Positions 9,817 to 21,418 of a DNA stretch of 64,000 nt are shown piece after piece. The notes under the pieces are model-generated. The model was not told the origin of the DNA, ran no database searches, and was given only the letters and a program-made list of their open reading frames with translations. The position numbers were made by a program, and so were the translations under genes. Source of the stretch: an uncultured Planctomycetales bacterium (GTDB lineage: Bacteria; Omnitrophota; Gorgyraeia; Zapsychrales; JANLHA01); the NCBI GenBank assembly GCA_964450385.1, contig CAYVEC010000005.1:6850-70849 (forward strand). Reading direction: 5' to 3'. How positions within the stretch are numbered: the stretch's first letter is position 1; each line of letters opens with the position of its first letter.

Positions 9817-10683
9817 TTATCCTTCTTCCTCAGGAACCACATCGTCATCCGCGGTGGCGATAATAACCGGCGCCGGGCTCGGCTCATCGGGCAGCGCGGG
9901 ATAATCGATCCTCACGGTCTTCCCCTCGCCGAGGTCAATGATCGCGAAGCGTTTCAGGATATTCACGTCACGGACGCGGCCTCGGCCGTCCGGGGTCGTG
10001 ATCTTGTCCCCGATCCTCGGGAGCCCGCGCGAGAGGTCCCGATAGGCATGGTATTCATAGGCCATACAGCATTTAATCCGACCGCAGACACCAGAAATCC
10101 GCGACGGGTTAAGCGGCAGGGCCTGTTCCTTGGCCATCTTGATCGACAAGGGAAAAAAATCCTTGATATACGACGCGCAGCAGAGCTCGCATCCGCATAC
10201 CCCGTACCCCCCGACGATCTTCGCCTTATCGCGGACCGGGATCTGCTTGAGCTCGATGCGGACCCGAAAGATCTTCGCGAGGTCTTTGACAAGCGAACGG
10301 AAATCGACCCGCTGATCCGCCGTGAAATAAAAAATGATCTTGCTGCAGTCAAAGGTGTATTCCGCCTTAAAGATCCGCATGTCGAGTTTGCGTTCATTGA
10401 CCTTGCTCACGCAGGTGCTGATCGCGTCCTGGGCCTTCTCGAGATTGTTGTGGATCTGGTTCCGGTCGCCCTCGGTGACAGGCCGAAGGACCTTACCGAT
10501 CGGCTTGACGCCCTCCGGGGCCTTTTCAGCGCCCCCGTGGGTATCCGAGACCACCCGCCCGAATTCCGTGCCCCGGTCGACCTCAACAATGACATAGTCG
10601 TCCCGCTGGCACTCGACCCCGTTCTTCTCCGCATAATAGACGGGCCGAAAATGGCCCAATTGGATCTGTACTAATGTGTCCAT
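9817..10683 (-). CDS. PSP1 C-terminal domain protein (YaaT/RicT-like)
   Basis: Cys-rich PSP1 core CGCELCCASYIKDFFP...GVCGRIKCCMAYE. Sits next to holB and tmk as in Bacillus. Confidence 0.75.
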   Translation of the reverse strand: MDTLVQIQLGHFRPVYYAEKNGVECQRDDYVIVEVDRGTEFGRVVSDTHGGAEKAPEGVKPIGKVLRPVTEGDRNQIHNNLEKAQDAISTCVSKVNERKLDMRIFKAEYTFDCSKIIFYFTADQRVDFRSLVKDLAKIFRVRIELKQIPVRDKAKIVGGYGVCGCELCCASYIKDFFPLSIKMAKEQALPLNPSRISGVCGRIKCCMAYEYHAYRDLSRGLPRIGDKITTPDGRGRVRDVNILKRFAIIDLGEGKTVRIDYPALPDEPSPAPVIIATADDDVVPEEEG

Positions 10684-11633
10684 ACCTTCTCCTTCAACAA
10701 CGTTAATGGGATCTTCAGGCTGAGATTCTCATCAGCCATCCGCATCGTGTGAACGATCGATCGAACGACCGCCTCCGCCTGATCGACGGTATAATGCCGG
10801 CTGTCCGTCAGCAGTTCCTCGCGCTCACCGCGCGAGGCCAACCGCTCCTCACCAACCCCTGCCTTGACGAGCAGGATATCGCGGAACCACACGAGGAGCA
10901 CCCCTAATAATCGGCGCGTCCCTTCGAGATCCGCGGCATACTCTTTTAATTCCGCGTCACTGACGCGTTCCCCCATAAAGCGCCGGCGTGCCGACCTCTG
11001 CCAGGCGCTAAACCCGCTCCCGGCAAGGGACTGGGCCCGACCCGGACAGCCCTCGGCAAAATCCGCGAGCCACAGGGCCTCTGCCGCGGGCATACCCTCG
11101 GAGGATAAAAGGGCCGACACCCGCTCACGCGACTCGCCAAAAAACCGGACGATCTGACAGCGCGAACGGATCGTGGGCAGGATCTGCTGCAGCTTTTCAG
11201 TCGTCAACATAAACAGGGTCGCGTCACCCGGCTCTTCCAGTGTTTTCAAAAAGGCATTCGCCCCGACGAGATTCAAGGCGTGGGCCTCATCGATAATAAA
11301 AACCTTATAGGCCGCTTCATACGGCCGCAGCTGACTCTGCGCGATCAGGGAACGCACCTGATCGACCTTCAGCATCGCCTCATCCCCGCGCTGAACGGTC
11401 ACGACGTCGGGGTGATTCCCCGCGTCGATCTTCAGACACGACGGACACTGCCCGCAGAACGTCTGCCCGGGCGTCCTCGCCTCACAATTCACCATCTTTG
11501 CCACGGCACGGGCGGTTGCCAGTTTGCCCGAGCCCTCGGGCCCCGCAAAAAGATAGGCATGGGCCAGCCGGCCGCGCGTCAGATAGTGTTCGATCCGCTC
11601 AAGCACCACGCGTGATACCATCTCAAGCTCCAT
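10671..11633 (-). CDS. holB: DNA polymerase III delta-prime subunit
   Basis: AHAYLFAGPEGSGK Walker-type motif and clamp-loader fold. ORF track extends to 11702. The start near 11633 avoids a long overlap with tmk. Confidence 0.75.
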   Translation of the reverse strand: MELEMVSRVVLERIEHYLTRGRLAHAYLFAGPEGSGKLATARAVAKMVNCEARTPGQTFCGQCPSCLKIDAGNHPDVVTVQRGDEAMLKVDQVRSLIAQSQLRPYEAAYKVFIIDEAHALNLVGANAFLKTLEEPGDATLFMLTTEKLQQILPTIRSRCQIVRFFGESRERVSALLSSEGMPAAEALWLADFAEGCPGRAQSLAGSGFSAWQRSARRRFMGERVSDAELKEYAADLEGTRRLLGVLLVWFRDILLVKAGVGEERLASRGEREELLTDSRHYTVDQAEAVVRSIVHTMRMADENLSLKIPLTLLKEKVWTH

Positions 11634-12267
11634 CGCCGCCCAGGACCTCATCGATCCGCCGGCGGACCTCCTCAAAAACCTCTTCCTTCGACCGGTCGTC
11701 AACGTGGATGACCCGGATCCGGTCAGGCTCCTCCTGCGCGAGCGTCAGATATCCCTGACGAACGCGCTGATGATACGCCAAGGGACGCTGTTCGATCCGG
11801 TCCTTCTGCTGATTCGTCCGCCCCAGGCCCTTCTCACTATCAATATCAAAAAGGATCGTGAGGTCCGGCCGCAGCCCCTGTGTCGCGAACATCCCGATCT
11901 CACGGATCGGCCCCAACGGCATCCCGTGCCCATATCCCTGATAGACAAGAGTCGAATCAAGAAAACGGTCACAGAGAACAACCTTGCCGGCGGCCAAGGC
12001 AGGGCGGATCTTTTCGCTCACGAGCTGGGCCCGCGCCGCCATATACAACAGGACCTCACATTCATCGGTCATCGCGGTATTCTTGACGTCGAGCAGCATC
12101 GCCCGGATGCTCTCGCTCAAGGCCACGCCGCCCGGCTCTCGGATGAGCAGGACATCAACCCCGCGGCGCACCAGATAGTGCTCCACAAGCCGCGTCTGAG
12201 TCGTTTTCCCCGAACCCTCAGCACCCTCAAATGTAATGAACAACCCTCCCCTCAGATCCTGCGGCAC
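11623..12267 (-). CDS. tmk: Thymidylate kinase
   Basis: FITFEGAEGSGKTTQ P-loop and DR(F/Y) motif. Confidence 0.9.
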   Translation of the reverse strand: MPQDLRGGLFITFEGAEGSGKTTQTRLVEHYLVRRGVDVLLIREPGGVALSESIRAMLLDVKNTAMTDECEVLLYMAARAQLVSEKIRPALAAGKVVLCDRFLDSTLVYQGYGHGMPLGPIREIGMFATQGLRPDLTILFDIDSEKGLGRTNQQKDRIEQRPLAYHQRVRQGYLTLAQEEPDRIRVIHVDDRSKEEVFEEVRRRIDEVLGGDGA

Positions 12268-13667
12268 GTCTGTCCCTCCTTCGTGTCCTTCACCTCATAT
12301 CCCTGCTCGCGCAAAAGGTCGCGCAGGCGATCCGACTCAGCAAAATCACGACGGGCCCGCGCCTCGCTCCTCAGCCGGACGAGCGACTGGACCGCCTCGG
12401 GAAGTTCGCCCTCGGCCGCCCCGGATAACGATAGATTGAAGAGATCAAAAAAATACCGCCGGGCAAGGTCCCGGGCGCCAGCCACGATCCCGGCATGCTC
12501 GGCCTGGCCCTCTTTTTGATCCAAAAATTTATTCACATCCACGATAAATTCAAACACCACCCCTAAGGCCTTCGCGGTGTTAAAATCATCATCCATCGCC
12601 TCGGTGAACCGCTCATCATGGCGGGCCATCCAGCCGCAGACCGTCGGGTGGGCCTGGCCAGCGGCCCGCTCACAACGACCAAGAAAATTCTCGAAATACT
12701 CGCGCTGCTTCCGCACCTCCGCCATCTTCGCCTCTGAAAAATCCATGGTGCTCGCATAATGCGCCGAGAGAAAGAACACCTTCAGGTCATCGGCGCCGTA
12801 ACGGTCGATCGCGTCCGCGATCGTGATAAAATTCCCCAGGGATTTCGACATCTTCTGCCGGTCGATCGTGAGCAGGCCATGATGGATCCAATACCGCGCG
12901 AACGGTTTCCCTGTAAAGGATTCAGATTGCGCCACCTCATTCTCATGGTGCGGGAACACAAGATCCCGTCCCCCGCCGTGGATATCGAGGGTCTCACACC
13001 CCAGATGCCGCAGACTCATACAGGAGCACTCGATATGCCACCCCGGCCGCCCCGACCCCCACGGGCTCTCCCACGAGGGTTCCCCGGACTTGGATCGTTT
13101 CCATAAGGCAAAATCCAAGATGTCCTTTTTGTGTTCATCCCGGTCGATGCGGACCGCCTCCTGCATCATATCGATACTCTGGCCCGAAAGCTTCCCGTAG
13201 TCTTCAAATGAACGGACATGAAAATAGACATTCCCGCCGGCCTCGTACGCCGCCCCCCGCGCGATCAGCCCCTCGATGAACTCGATCATCCCAGCGATAT
13301 TCTCAGGGTCCGTGGCCCTCGGCTCATGCTCATCGCGAAAGACGCCCAGGCGTCTGAGGTCCCCCTGATACTCGTCAATATTCCGGCGCGCGACCTCCTC
13401 ACTCGTGATCCCCATCTCCTGCGCGCGTTTGATGATCTTGTCATCCACATCGGTGATGTTCCGGACAAAATGGACATCATACCCGCGCCAGGTCAGATAC
13501 CGGCGGATCACATCAAAAACGTAAAGACTCCGGGCATGCCCGATATGACAACGGTCATAGACCGTCACCCCGCAGGTATACATATTCACCCGCTTGCCAG
13601 CGGGATCGAGCGGCACAAAGTCCTCTTTCTGCCGGGTGAGTGTATTATAAATTTTGACCATCGCCAT
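12252..13667 (-). CDS. cysS: Cysteinyl-tRNA synthetase
   Basis: [19 protein letters not shown] (HIGH) and KMSKSLGN motifs. Confidence 0.9.
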   Translation of the reverse strand: MAMVKIYNTLTRQKEDFVPLDPAGKRVNMYTCGVTVYDRCHIGHARSLYVFDVIRRYLTWRGYDVHFVRNITDVDDKIIKRAQEMGITSEEVARRNIDEYQGDLRRLGVFRDEHEPRATDPENIAGMIEFIEGLIARGAAYEAGGNVYFHVRSFEDYGKLSGQSIDMMQEAVRIDRDEHKKDILDFALWKRSKSGEPSWESPWGSGRPGWHIECSCMSLRHLGCETLDIHGGGRDLVFPHHENEVAQSESFTGKPFARYWIHHGLLTIDRQKMSKSLGNFITIADAIDRYGADDLKVFFLSAHYASTMDFSEAKMAEVRKQREYFENFLGRCERAAGQAHPTVCGWMARHDERFTEAMDDDFNTAKALGVVFEFIVDVNKFLDQKEGQAEHAGIVAGARDLARRYFFDLFNLSLSGAAEGELPEAVQSLVRLRSEARARRDFAESDRLRDLLREQGYEVKDTKEGQTCRRI

Positions 13668-14376
13668 CCTGTTTCTGCTGCTGTGGCGGCTGATGTTGCC
13701 CGCCCCGATTCATCCGTTTTTCGAGCGCCACGAGGCGACGGTGAATATCTCGCATATTCTGCGACACCGGATCAAGGACATGGACATGGTCCATGAGGAT
13801 ATCAATGCGCCGGCCCTCCTGACGCGTAATCCGGCCTGGAACACCGACGATCGTTGTGTTCGGCGGCACGTTCTTGATCACCACCGCGTTCGCCCCGATA
13901 TACGAATTCGACCCGATCGTGATGTTCCCCAGGACCTTGGCCCCGGCCCCGACCACGATATTATCCCCGAGCGTTGGATGGCGTTTCCCGGTCTCTTTTC
14001 CTGTCCCTCCAAGGGTGACCCCCTGGAAGAGAACAACCTGGTCCCCAATGATCGCGGTCTCTCCGATGACGACCCCCATCCCGTGATCGATGAAAAGCCC
14101 CCGGCCGATCGTGGCTCCAGGATGGATCTCGATCCCTGTGAAGAAGCGCGTGATCTGGGAAATATACCGCGGGAAGAACGGCACCTTCGAGCGCCAGAGG
14201 GCGTTCGCCACACGATAGCCGATCAGGGCATGGAGGCCAGGATACAGTAAAAGGATCTCGATCGTGCTCTTCGCCGCTGGGTCCCGTTCCTTGGCCGACC
14301 TGATCTCAACATCAAAGGCCGTGACGATCCAAACAACGATCCCGGCCAAGACCGCTAATCCTACAATCATCACCAT
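13645..14376 (-). CDS. cysE: Serine O-acetyltransferase
   Basis: Left-handed beta-helix hexapeptide repeats. [28 protein letters not shown] motif. Confidence 0.8.
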   Translation of the reverse strand: MVMIVGLAVLAGIVVWIVTAFDVEIRSAKERDPAAKSTIEILLLYPGLHALIGYRVANALWRSKVPFFPRYISQITRFFTGIEIHPGATIGRGLFIDHGMGVVIGETAIIGDQVVLFQGVTLGGTGKETGKRHPTLGDNIVVGAGAKVLGNITIGSNSYIGANAVVIKNVPPNTTIVGVPGRITRQEGRRIDILMDHVHVLDPVSQNMRDIHRRLVALEKRMNRGGQHQPPQQQKQDGDGQNL

Positions 14377-14395
14377 CCATCACCCCTCCTTCTCC

Positions 14396-14884
14396 TCACC
14401 CTCGCTCCGCCGTGTCAAGTAAGACGCAGGCACAACACGCAATGCCCTCACCCCGGCCGACAGACCCCATCCCCTCATGTGTTGTCGCCTTGATATTCAC
14501 GCGGTCATCGCTCACGCCTAAGGCCCCAGCGATATGATGGGCCATGGCCTTTTTAACATGTTTTAGGTTCGGCTGTTCCGCCAGGACCGTGAGATCAAGA
14601 TTCACTACCCCATACCCGCGAGCCGACATCTGAGCCGCGACCGTCTCAAGCAACCGCAGGCTATTAATATCCTTATAACGCGGATCGGTATTCGGAAAAT
14701 GCTCCCCGATATCCCCTAACCCCAACGCCCCCAAAACCGCGTCGCACACGGCCTGGATCCCCACACCGGGATCCGAGTGACCTTCGAGCCCGACGGGGTG
14801 CGAGATCGTCTCCCCCCCCAGCACCAGCCGCCGGCCTTCGGCAAAACGATGGACATCATATCCGATCCCGACACGCATGCTCAT
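14396..14884 (-). CDS. ispF: 2-C-methyl-D-erythritol 2,4-cyclodiphosphate synthase
   Basis: MRVGIGYDVHRF...GHSDGDV-like motifs. 162 aa. Confidence 0.9.
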   Translation of the reverse strand: MSMRVGIGYDVHRFAEGRRLVLGGETISHPVGLEGHSDPGVGIQAVCDAVLGALGLGDIGEHFPNTDPRYKDINSLRLLETVAAQMSARGYGVVNLDLTVLAEQPNLKHVKKAMAHHIAGALGVSDDRVNIKATTHEGMGSVGRGEGIACCACVLLDTAERG

Positions 14885-15573
14885 CCTCGCTCTCCCCTCC
14901 GTAATAAGGCCTCGGCATACACCAGGTCTTCCGGGGTCGTGATCTTGATATTGTGATACGAACCCCGCACCACCCGGACCTCGCCGCCTAGATATTCGAC
15001 CATGGAGGCATCATCTGTCACCGGGGTCGAGGCAGGGACCTCCCGATGGGCCCGGATCAGGACGTCACGCCGAAAGACCTGCGGGGTCTGGATCTCCCAC
15101 AACCGGGACCGCTCCAATGTCGCGACCACCGCCAGGGTCGCGGGGTCCGCCTCCTTAATCGTCGAGATCACCGGAACCGCCAAGACGGCGCCGTCAGCGG
15201 TCTCGGCGGCACTGATCACCGCATCGATATCAGCGACCGCGACCAGGGGACGGGCCGCGTCATGGACCACCACATAAGATGCCGCATGATCGACCTCTGA
15301 CAGACCCCGAGCCACGGACTCTCGCCGGGTCGCACCACCATCAACAATATCCGTCACCTTATGAAAACCATAGTCCCGAACCCAATCCTGGATCGTCTCC
15401 CGGTCCTCAGGCCGAACGACCACAATGATCCGATCGACCCTCTGACTCCCCGAAACCGCCTGGATCGCATGAACAATGAGCGGCCGGCCGCCCACCATTA
15501 CCAGAGGCTTCGCGCAACCCAGGCCGAGCCGCTCGCCTGATCCTCCCGCCGCTACGACGGCCTCGACCCGCAT
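14881..15573 (-). CDS. ispD: 2-C-methyl-D-erythritol 4-phosphate cytidylyltransferase
   Basis: VAAGGSGERLG N-terminal motif. Overlaps ispF as ATGA. Confidence 0.85.
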   Translation of the reverse strand: MRVEAVVAAGGSGERLGLGCAKPLVMVGGRPLIVHAIQAVSGSQRVDRIIVVVRPEDRETIQDWVRDYGFHKVTDIVDGGATRRESVARGLSEVDHAASYVVVHDAARPLVAVADIDAVISAAETADGAVLAVPVISTIKEADPATLAVVATLERSRLWEIQTPQVFRRDVLIRAHREVPASTPVTDDASMVEYLGGEVRVVRGSYHNIKITTPEDLVYAEALLRRGERG

Positions 15574-15576
15574 CCG

Positions 15577-16560
15577 CTATCTCCTCTGTTGGGCAAAGAC
15601 CATCCGCCCGCCCTGGGTCGGCAGAATCGAGGTCACCTCGACCTCGATCTCCTCGCCGATCCTATCCCGAGCCCCTGCAATCACAACCATGGTGCCGTCT
15701 GCCGTAAACCCAACGGCCTGTCCCGGCTCGCGTCCCTCTTTGATGGCCTTGATCGTGATGACGTCCCCGACCATGAGGACCGGCCGCGTGGCCACGACGA
15801 GATCATTGAGATGAAGGATATCGATCCCTTGGACCGATGCCACCCGATTCAAATTAAAATCTGTCGTACAGATCGCCGCCTCAAGGATCCGCGCGAGACG
15901 GATTAATTTCGCGTCCACCCCCGCCTCAACAAGGACGTCGTCATCCTCCTGGGTCTGGAGCTCGATATTCGGATCGGCCTTGGCCGCGTTAACAGCCTCA
16001 AGCCCTCGCCGGCCCCGCTGCTGCTTGATCGGGTCCTTTGAATCCGCCAGGGCATGAAGCTCATTCAGAACGAACCGCGGCACGAGCAGCCGGCGATCGA
16101 AGAATTTCGTCCGCGAGATATCAAAGATCCGGCCGTCGATAATGGCGCTCGTGTCCAAAAGAACAGGCCGCTCATCCACATCCTGACGCCGAAACCGCAC
16201 ATAGGGGATCACAACCTGAAATTCATCGCGACCGCGAAGGGCCATGACCGCGCCGAGATACGAAAAAATCGTCGTGAGCGCGAGCTGCGTCACCGCCTGA
16301 ATCGACGCGTCAAGTGGGAGCAGGGCGAGGACATCCGACAATAATTTCGCCATAAAAAGTCCGAGGAGTAATCCAAAGACGAGGCTCGAGAGTCCGCGGA
16401 CCGAGACCCTCTTCGCGCTACTCTCAAGCATGAAGAGCACCAGGGCCGCCCCAGCACCCGCGGCCATCCCCCAGTACGGCTGGTGCTGAAAGATCCCGAT
16501 GTAATATCCGATGAACGTCATCGCGATAAAAAACAGGCTCCGGATAAAAAACAGCGTCAT
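15577..16560 (-). CDS. Membrane-anchored PIN plus TRAM domain protein (YacL-like)
   Basis: N-terminal TM helices, PIN domain (LLDTSAIIDGRI) and C-terminal TRAM. Same position as yacL in the Bacillus radA-disA-yacL-ispD-ispF cluster. Probable start ATG at 16560, overlapping the radA stop. Confidence 0.65.
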   Translation of the reverse strand: MTLFFIRSLFFIAMTFIGYYIGIFQHQPYWGMAAGAGAALVLFMLESSAKRVSVRGLSSLVFGLLLGLFMAKLLSDVLALLPLDASIQAVTQLALTTIFSYLGAVMALRGRDEFQVVIPYVRFRRQDVDERPVLLDTSAIIDGRIFDISRTKFFDRRLLVPRFVLNELHALADSKDPIKQQRGRRGLEAVNAAKADPNIELQTQEDDDVLVEAGVDAKLIRLARILEAAICTTDFNLNRVASVQGIDILHLNDLVVATRPVLMVGDVITIKAIKEGREPGQAVGFTADGTMVVIAGARDRIGEEIEVEVTSILPTQGGRMVFAQQRR

Positions 16561-17957
16561 GTCTCTTCTCCTGGTTTTTTCCGTTCGTCTTGCCGAAACA
16601 CCGCCAAGGCGTCCCGGACATTCGCGACCGGGATGACCTCCAGCCCGCATAGGTCGACCGGCGCCCGCGGGGTCATATTATTCTTCGGGACCACCGCCCG
16701 TTTAAATCCCAACTTGGCCGCCTCATGGAGGCGAACCCCGAGCTGACTAACGCTCCGCACCTCTGAAGACAGTCCGACCTCGCCCAAAAACACGGTATCG
16801 GCCGCGACCGCCTCATCGAGAAATGCCGAGGCAATGGCCGCCACGACCCCCAAGTCCGCGGCCGGATCCTCAAGCCTCACCCCACCGACCACATTAAGAA
16901 AGATGTCCTGGTCCTGGATCAAAAAATCCAGGCGCTTCTCCAGGACCGCGATGAGGAGCGCCAGCCGATTCGCATCAAATCCCTGAGCCTTCTGACGCGC
17001 CATCCCAAAACTCGAACGGCTCACCAGGCCCTGAACCTCGACCAGGAACGGCCGGCTCCCCTCGAGGATCGGCACAACAACAGAGCCAGAGGCGCCCTGG
17101 GGCCGTTCGGCCAAAAACAGCTCGGAAGGGTTCTTCACCTCAACAAGCCCGGCGGATGTCATTTCAAAAACACCGATCTCATGGGTCGACCCAAAACGGT
17201 TCTTCATCCCCCGGATCACCCGGTACGAAGTATAGCGTTCTCCTTCAAAATACAGGACCGTATCAACAATATGCTCCAAGACCCTCGGCCCGGCGATCGC
17301 CCCGTCCTTCGTCACATGCCCGATGATAAAGACCGCTGTGCCTGACGTCTTCGCAATCTGTGTCAGCACCGCCGAACATTCACGGACCTGACTGACGCTC
17401 CCTGGGCTCGACCCGATCGACGGATCATAAACGACCTGGATCGAATCAACCACCACAACTGACGGCCGAAGGGTCTGTATATATTCTTTGACCGCCTCAA
17501 GATCAATCTGATTAACAATGAACAATTCCTCACACCGCCCCGCCCCCAAGCGATCGGCGCGCATCTTGGTCTGCGCGACAGATTCCTCGCCACTGACATA
17601 CAAAACCCGCTGACCTGAGGCCGCAAGACGTAGGACGACCTGGAGCATCAGGGTTGACTTACCGATCCCGGGATCCCCGCCCAAGAGGGTCACGGACCCA
17701 GGAACAAGCCCTCCCCCCAAGACCCGGTCGAACTCGCCAATCCCTGTCGTCACCCGGCGCTCATCACCGACAGAAACGTCATGAAGACAAACGGGACGAT
17801 CATCAAACGAGACCCCGCTCCGAGGCCCGGCATCCCTTGCGGTCACCCGCTCTTCAACATAGGAATTCCAGGCATCACAGCCTGGACAGCGCCCGATCCA
17901 GCGCGATGACTGCGCCCCGCAATGCTGACAGGTATACACCGTCTTGGCCTTGGCCAT
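16557..17957 (-). CDS. radA: DNA repair protein RadA/Sms
   Basis: N-terminal C4 zinc finger CQHCGAQSSRWIGRCPGCDAWNS, Walker A GGDPGIGKSTL and Lon-like C-terminus. Confidence 0.9.
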   Translation of the reverse strand: MAKAKTVYTCQHCGAQSSRWIGRCPGCDAWNSYVEERVTARDAGPRSGVSFDDRPVCLHDVSVGDERRVTTGIGEFDRVLGGGLVPGSVTLLGGDPGIGKSTLMLQVVLRLAASGQRVLYVSGEESVAQTKMRADRLGAGRCEELFIVNQIDLEAVKEYIQTLRPSVVVVDSIQVVYDPSIGSSPGSVSQVRECSAVLTQIAKTSGTAVFIIGHVTKDGAIAGPRVLEHIVDTVLYFEGERYTSYRVIRGMKNRFGSTHEIGVFEMTSAGLVEVKNPSELFLAERPQGASGSVVVPILEGSRPFLVEVQGLVSRSSFGMARQKAQGFDANRLALLIAVLEKRLDFLIQDQDIFLNVVGGVRLEDPAADLGVVAAIASAFLDEAVAADTVFLGEVGLSSEVRSVSQLGVRLHEAAKLGFKRAVVPKNNMTPRAPVDLCGLEVIPVANVRDALAVFRQDERKKPGEET

Positions 17958-17977
17958 GGCTGTTCCGTTCCTATTCC

Positions 17978-18937
17978 CTAAAACTCCATCCCCCGCTCAA
18001 CACCGAGCAAATCCGTCTGACCCGACCGTGTCGGATCGTCCCGTTTAAGATATTTCAACCGCGTTACTCCACTGTCCTTGGCCTGGGTCTCTTTCAATGT
18101 CCATTCGGTCCTGCCGTGTTTCTCCTGAACCAAAGGATACACGGAGAACTCCTGGATCTGCTGGGCCAGGGTATCCGGCGCGCTCAGGTCCAAGACCCCC
18201 TCCGTCTTGAACACCAGCCCATCAGCCTGCGAGATCAACGAATCAAAAATCTGGATCTTCGGATATTGACCACTGAGTTTTAACGCAATGCTTGCATACG
18301 AGAACCCCTCAATGGTCCCGCCCAACGAGGCGCAGTCGCCCTTGATACGGATATCCGGAAGATGCCCCGACACCCACAGGTTCCCGCTGACCATCCCATG
18401 AGCCGCGACCGTCTGTTCGGGTAGAAAAAGGTCCACGAGGCCCTTGAGGTCGACCCCGGAGAAATTCATCTTCAGATCAAGACCGCGCGGCTCGTTAAGG
18501 TCAATAGAACCCGCGACACGGAACCGTCCGAGGGTCAACTCGTCGATCTGAAGCCGGCCGTTCCGAAGACTCCCTTTGGCAGAAAGCTCATCGAACGGCA
18601 GCTTATTGAGCAGGGTATAATCACTCACCACGGACCAAACAAAGACGGCCCCCTCCTCTCCCTGCCCCGCCATCTTGGTAACCGTCATATTCAAGAATGT
18701 CGAAAGGTCGAAGAGCCCGAGATCCCATTGCTTGATATTCGCCTGAACCATGAATTCCGTTGCAGACTTCTGCTGGATCTCAAGGTGGATCGGTTCGCCG
18801 TTGGGGACCTCAAGGTCCCCGCGCATCACATTTTTTTCAAGATCGACCTGGACCTTAAAGGGCAGCGCCAACGCCTGGGCCTGCGCTGGCGACGCCATAG
18901 CCAAAAACAACGACACTAAGAACACAATAATGATCAT
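17978..18937 (-). CDS. Secreted hypothetical protein (signal peptide, mostly beta-rich)
   Basis: MIIIVFLVSLFLAMASPAQA signal peptide. No family recognised. Inserted between clpC and radA. Confidence 0.5.
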   Translation of the reverse strand: MIIIVFLVSLFLAMASPAQAQALALPFKVQVDLEKNVMRGDLEVPNGEPIHLEIQQKSATEFMVQANIKQWDLGLFDLSTFLNMTVTKMAGQGEEGAVFVWSVVSDYTLLNKLPFDELSAKGSLRNGRLQIDELTLGRFRVAGSIDLNEPRGLDLKMNFSGVDLKGLVDLFLPEQTVAAHGMVSGNLWVSGHLPDIRIKGDCASLGGTIEGFSYASIALKLSGQYPKIQIFDSLISQADGLVFKTEGVLDLSAPDTLAQQIQEFSVYPLVQEKHGRTEWTLKETQAKDSGVTRLKYLKRDDPTRSGQTDLLGVERGMEF

Positions 18938-18997
18938 GGTTCCTTTATCACAGCGAACACCGGCGCGAGACCGTCTCTGGGGCCATCGCCTGCGCGC

Positions 18998-21418
18998 TTA
19001 TTCAAACGATAAGGCGTCACCCTTACGCGTAACCTTGATCGTCTCTCCACTCTTATGCCGTCCGGCGATGATTTCCTCGGCGAGCGGGTCTTCCAGATAC
19101 CGCTGGATCGTCCGCTTCAGAGGCCTCGCCCCAAAAACCGGATCGAACCCCTTTTCGGTCAGCAAGGCCAAGGCATCGGGAGAAAGTTCAATAATAATCT
19201 CCCGGTCATGCAACCGAGCCGCGACAGAGCGGATCTCGATCTGAACGATCTTCTCGAGGTCTTCCCGTGTGAGCGACTTGAAGACAATAATGTCGTCGAT
19301 CCGGTTCAGAAATTCCGGCTTAAAAACTTTTTTAACCTCATCAAGGAGACGGGTCTTCATGTCGTCATAGGTCGCATCCCCGCTGCTTGATCCGAACCCC
19401 AGAGAGCCTTTCCGACGAAGCATATCGGCCCCAACATTCGACGTCATAAGAATGATCGTGTTACGGAAATCGACCTTGCGGCCAAAACTGTCCGTGAGAC
19501 GACCGTCCTCCAGGACCTGAAGCAGAATGTTAAAGACATCGGGATGGGCCTTCTCGATCTCATCAAGAAGAACGACCGAATACGGCTTGCGCCGCACCTT
19601 CTCGGTCAACTGGCCGCCCTCTTCATAGCCGACATATCCGGGCGGCGCGCCGATGAGACGCGAGACATTATATTTATCCATATATTCCGACATGTCCACC
19701 TGAACCAGGGCCTCCTCATCACCGAACATGAATTCAGCAAGGGCCCGGGCAAGGAGGGTCTTGCCGACGCCGGTCGGCCCCAAGAAAATGAAGGACCCAA
19801 TCGGCCGGCGAGGGTCCTTGATCCCCGCCCGCGAACGCCGGACCGCGCGCGCGATCGCGCTGATCGCCTCATCTTGGCCCACAACGACATCCCTCATCTT
19901 GTTTTCCATCTTCAATAAACGCTCGCTCTCATTCTGTTCGAGACGAACCAACGGGATCTTCGTCCACTGAGACACGACACGCGCAATATCCTCCTCGCCG
20001 ATGGTCACGGATACATTGTCCCGTTCCGCAGTCCAAGCCCCGCGGATCTTCTCAAGCCGTTCGCGGACCTCACGCTCCTCATCCCGCATCCGCGCCGCCT
20101 TTTCGAAATCCTGACTTTTAATAAACGCCTCTTTCTCCTGCTTGAGTTGCTCGATCTTTAATTCAAGTTCCTTAATGTCGGCCGGAACCTCCATCGTCTT
20201 GATCCGGGCACGTGATCCGGTCTCATCAAGGATATCAACGGCCTTATCTGGCAAGGCCCGCCCCGAAATATACCGTTCCGAGAGCTTGACCGCCGCGATG
20301 ATCGCCTCATCCGAGAATTTGACACGGTGATGGGCCTCGTATTTATCCCGGAGGCCTTTAAGAATCAGGACCGCCTCTTCCTCCGACGGAGGTTCAACGA
20401 TCAGGGTCTGGAACCGCCGCTCGAGCGCCGCGTCCTTCTCGATATGCTTCCGATACTCATCCAGGGTCGTGGCCCCGATACACTGGATCTCTCCGCGCGC
20501 CAAGGCGGGCTTCAAAATATTCGCTGCATCGATCGCCCCCTCCGCCGCCCCAGCCCCGACGAGCGTATGGATCTCATCAACGAAAAGGACAATCTTCCCT
20601 GAGCGCTTAATCTCCTCCATGATCGCCTTGATCCGCTCTTCAAACTGTCCGCGGTATTTTGTACCAGCGATCATCATGGCGAGGTCCAAAACAACGATCG
20701 TCTTGTCCCGAAGGATCTCCGGCACATCACCCCGAACGATGAGCTGGGCCAGGCCCTCAACGATTGCGGTCTTACCGACGCCGGCCTCTCCGAGGAGGAC
20801 TGGATTATTTTTCGTTCGGCGGCTGAGAATCTGGACAATCCGCTCGATCTCCTGCTGCCGTCCAATGACCGGATCAAGTTTCCCCTCACGGGCCATGTGA
20901 TTCAGATTGCGGCCATAGGCATCGATCGCCGGGGTCTTCCCCGTAGCCTTCTCCTCCTCCTGCGTCCCGAATCCCGCGACCCCGGACCCAAGAATCTCCA
21001 TGATCTCGGCGCGCAGCCGATCAAGGTCAAGCCCGAGATTAAGAAGAACCCGATAGGCCATGCCCTCGCCTTCCTTGACAAGCCCAAGGAGTAGATGTTC
21101 CGTCCCGATATAATTATGACCGAGGGAACGAGCCTCTTCGGCTGAAAGCTCAAGGGCTTTTTTGGATCTCGGGGTAAAAGGAATATCCCCCATGACCTGC
21201 GTCTGAGGACCCGGCTGGACCATCTTCTCGACCTCGACCCGGATCGTCTCCAGGTCCACCCCCAGCTTCTGCAAGACCGCGGCCGCGACCCCTTCCCCCT
21301 CCTTGACCAAACCGAGAAGCAGATGTTCCGTCCCGATATAGTCATGATTAAAACTTCGCGCCTCTTCCTTGGCGTAGATGATCACCTTCCGTGCCCGCTC
21401 CGTGAACCGATTAAACAT
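18998..21418 (-). CDS. clpC: ATP-dependent Clp protease ATP-binding subunit ClpC
   Basis: Duplicated Clp_N repeats, two AAA+ modules ([30 protein letters not shown]) and a UVR-like linker. Confidence 0.9.
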   Translation of the reverse strand: MFNRFTERARKVIIYAKEEARSFNHDYIGTEHLLLGLVKEGEGVAAAVLQKLGVDLETIRVEVEKMVQPGPQTQVMGDIPFTPRSKKALELSAEEARSLGHNYIGTEHLLLGLVKEGEGMAYRVLLNLGLDLDRLRAEIMEILGSGVAGFGTQEEEKATGKTPAIDAYGRNLNHMAREGKLDPVIGRQQEIERIVQILSRRTKNNPVLLGEAGVGKTAIVEGLAQLIVRGDVPEILRDKTIVVLDLAMMIAGTKYRGQFEERIKAIMEEIKRSGKIVLFVDEIHTLVGAGAAEGAIDAANILKPALARGEIQCIGATTLDEYRKHIEKDAALERRFQTLIVEPPSEEEAVLILKGLRDKYEAHHRVKFSDEAIIAAVKLSERYISGRALPDKAVDILDETGSRARIKTMEVPADIKELELKIEQLKQEKEAFIKSQDFEKAARMRDEEREVRERLEKIRGAWTAERDNVSVTIGEEDIARVVSQWTKIPLVRLEQNESERLLKMENKMRDVVVGQDEAISAIARAVRRSRAGIKDPRRPIGSFIFLGPTGVGKTLLARALAEFMFGDEEALVQVDMSEYMDKYNVSRLIGAPPGYVGYEEGGQLTEKVRRKPYSVVLLDEIEKAHPDVFNILLQVLEDGRLTDSFGRKVDFRNTIILMTSNVGADMLRRKGSLGFGSSSGDATYDDMKTRLLDEVKKVFKPEFLNRIDDIIVFKSLTREDLEKIVQIEIRSVAARLHDREIIIELSPDALALLTEKGFDPVFGARPLKRTIQRYLEDPLAEEIIAGRHKSGETIKVTRKGDALSFE

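Noticed and set aside
8882-9904. 340-aa plus-strand ORF
   Set aside because: It is antisense to metG, which has unmistakable HIGH/KMSKS motifs. The composition is Arg/Pro/Gly-rich and typical of GC-rich antisense frames. No motifs.
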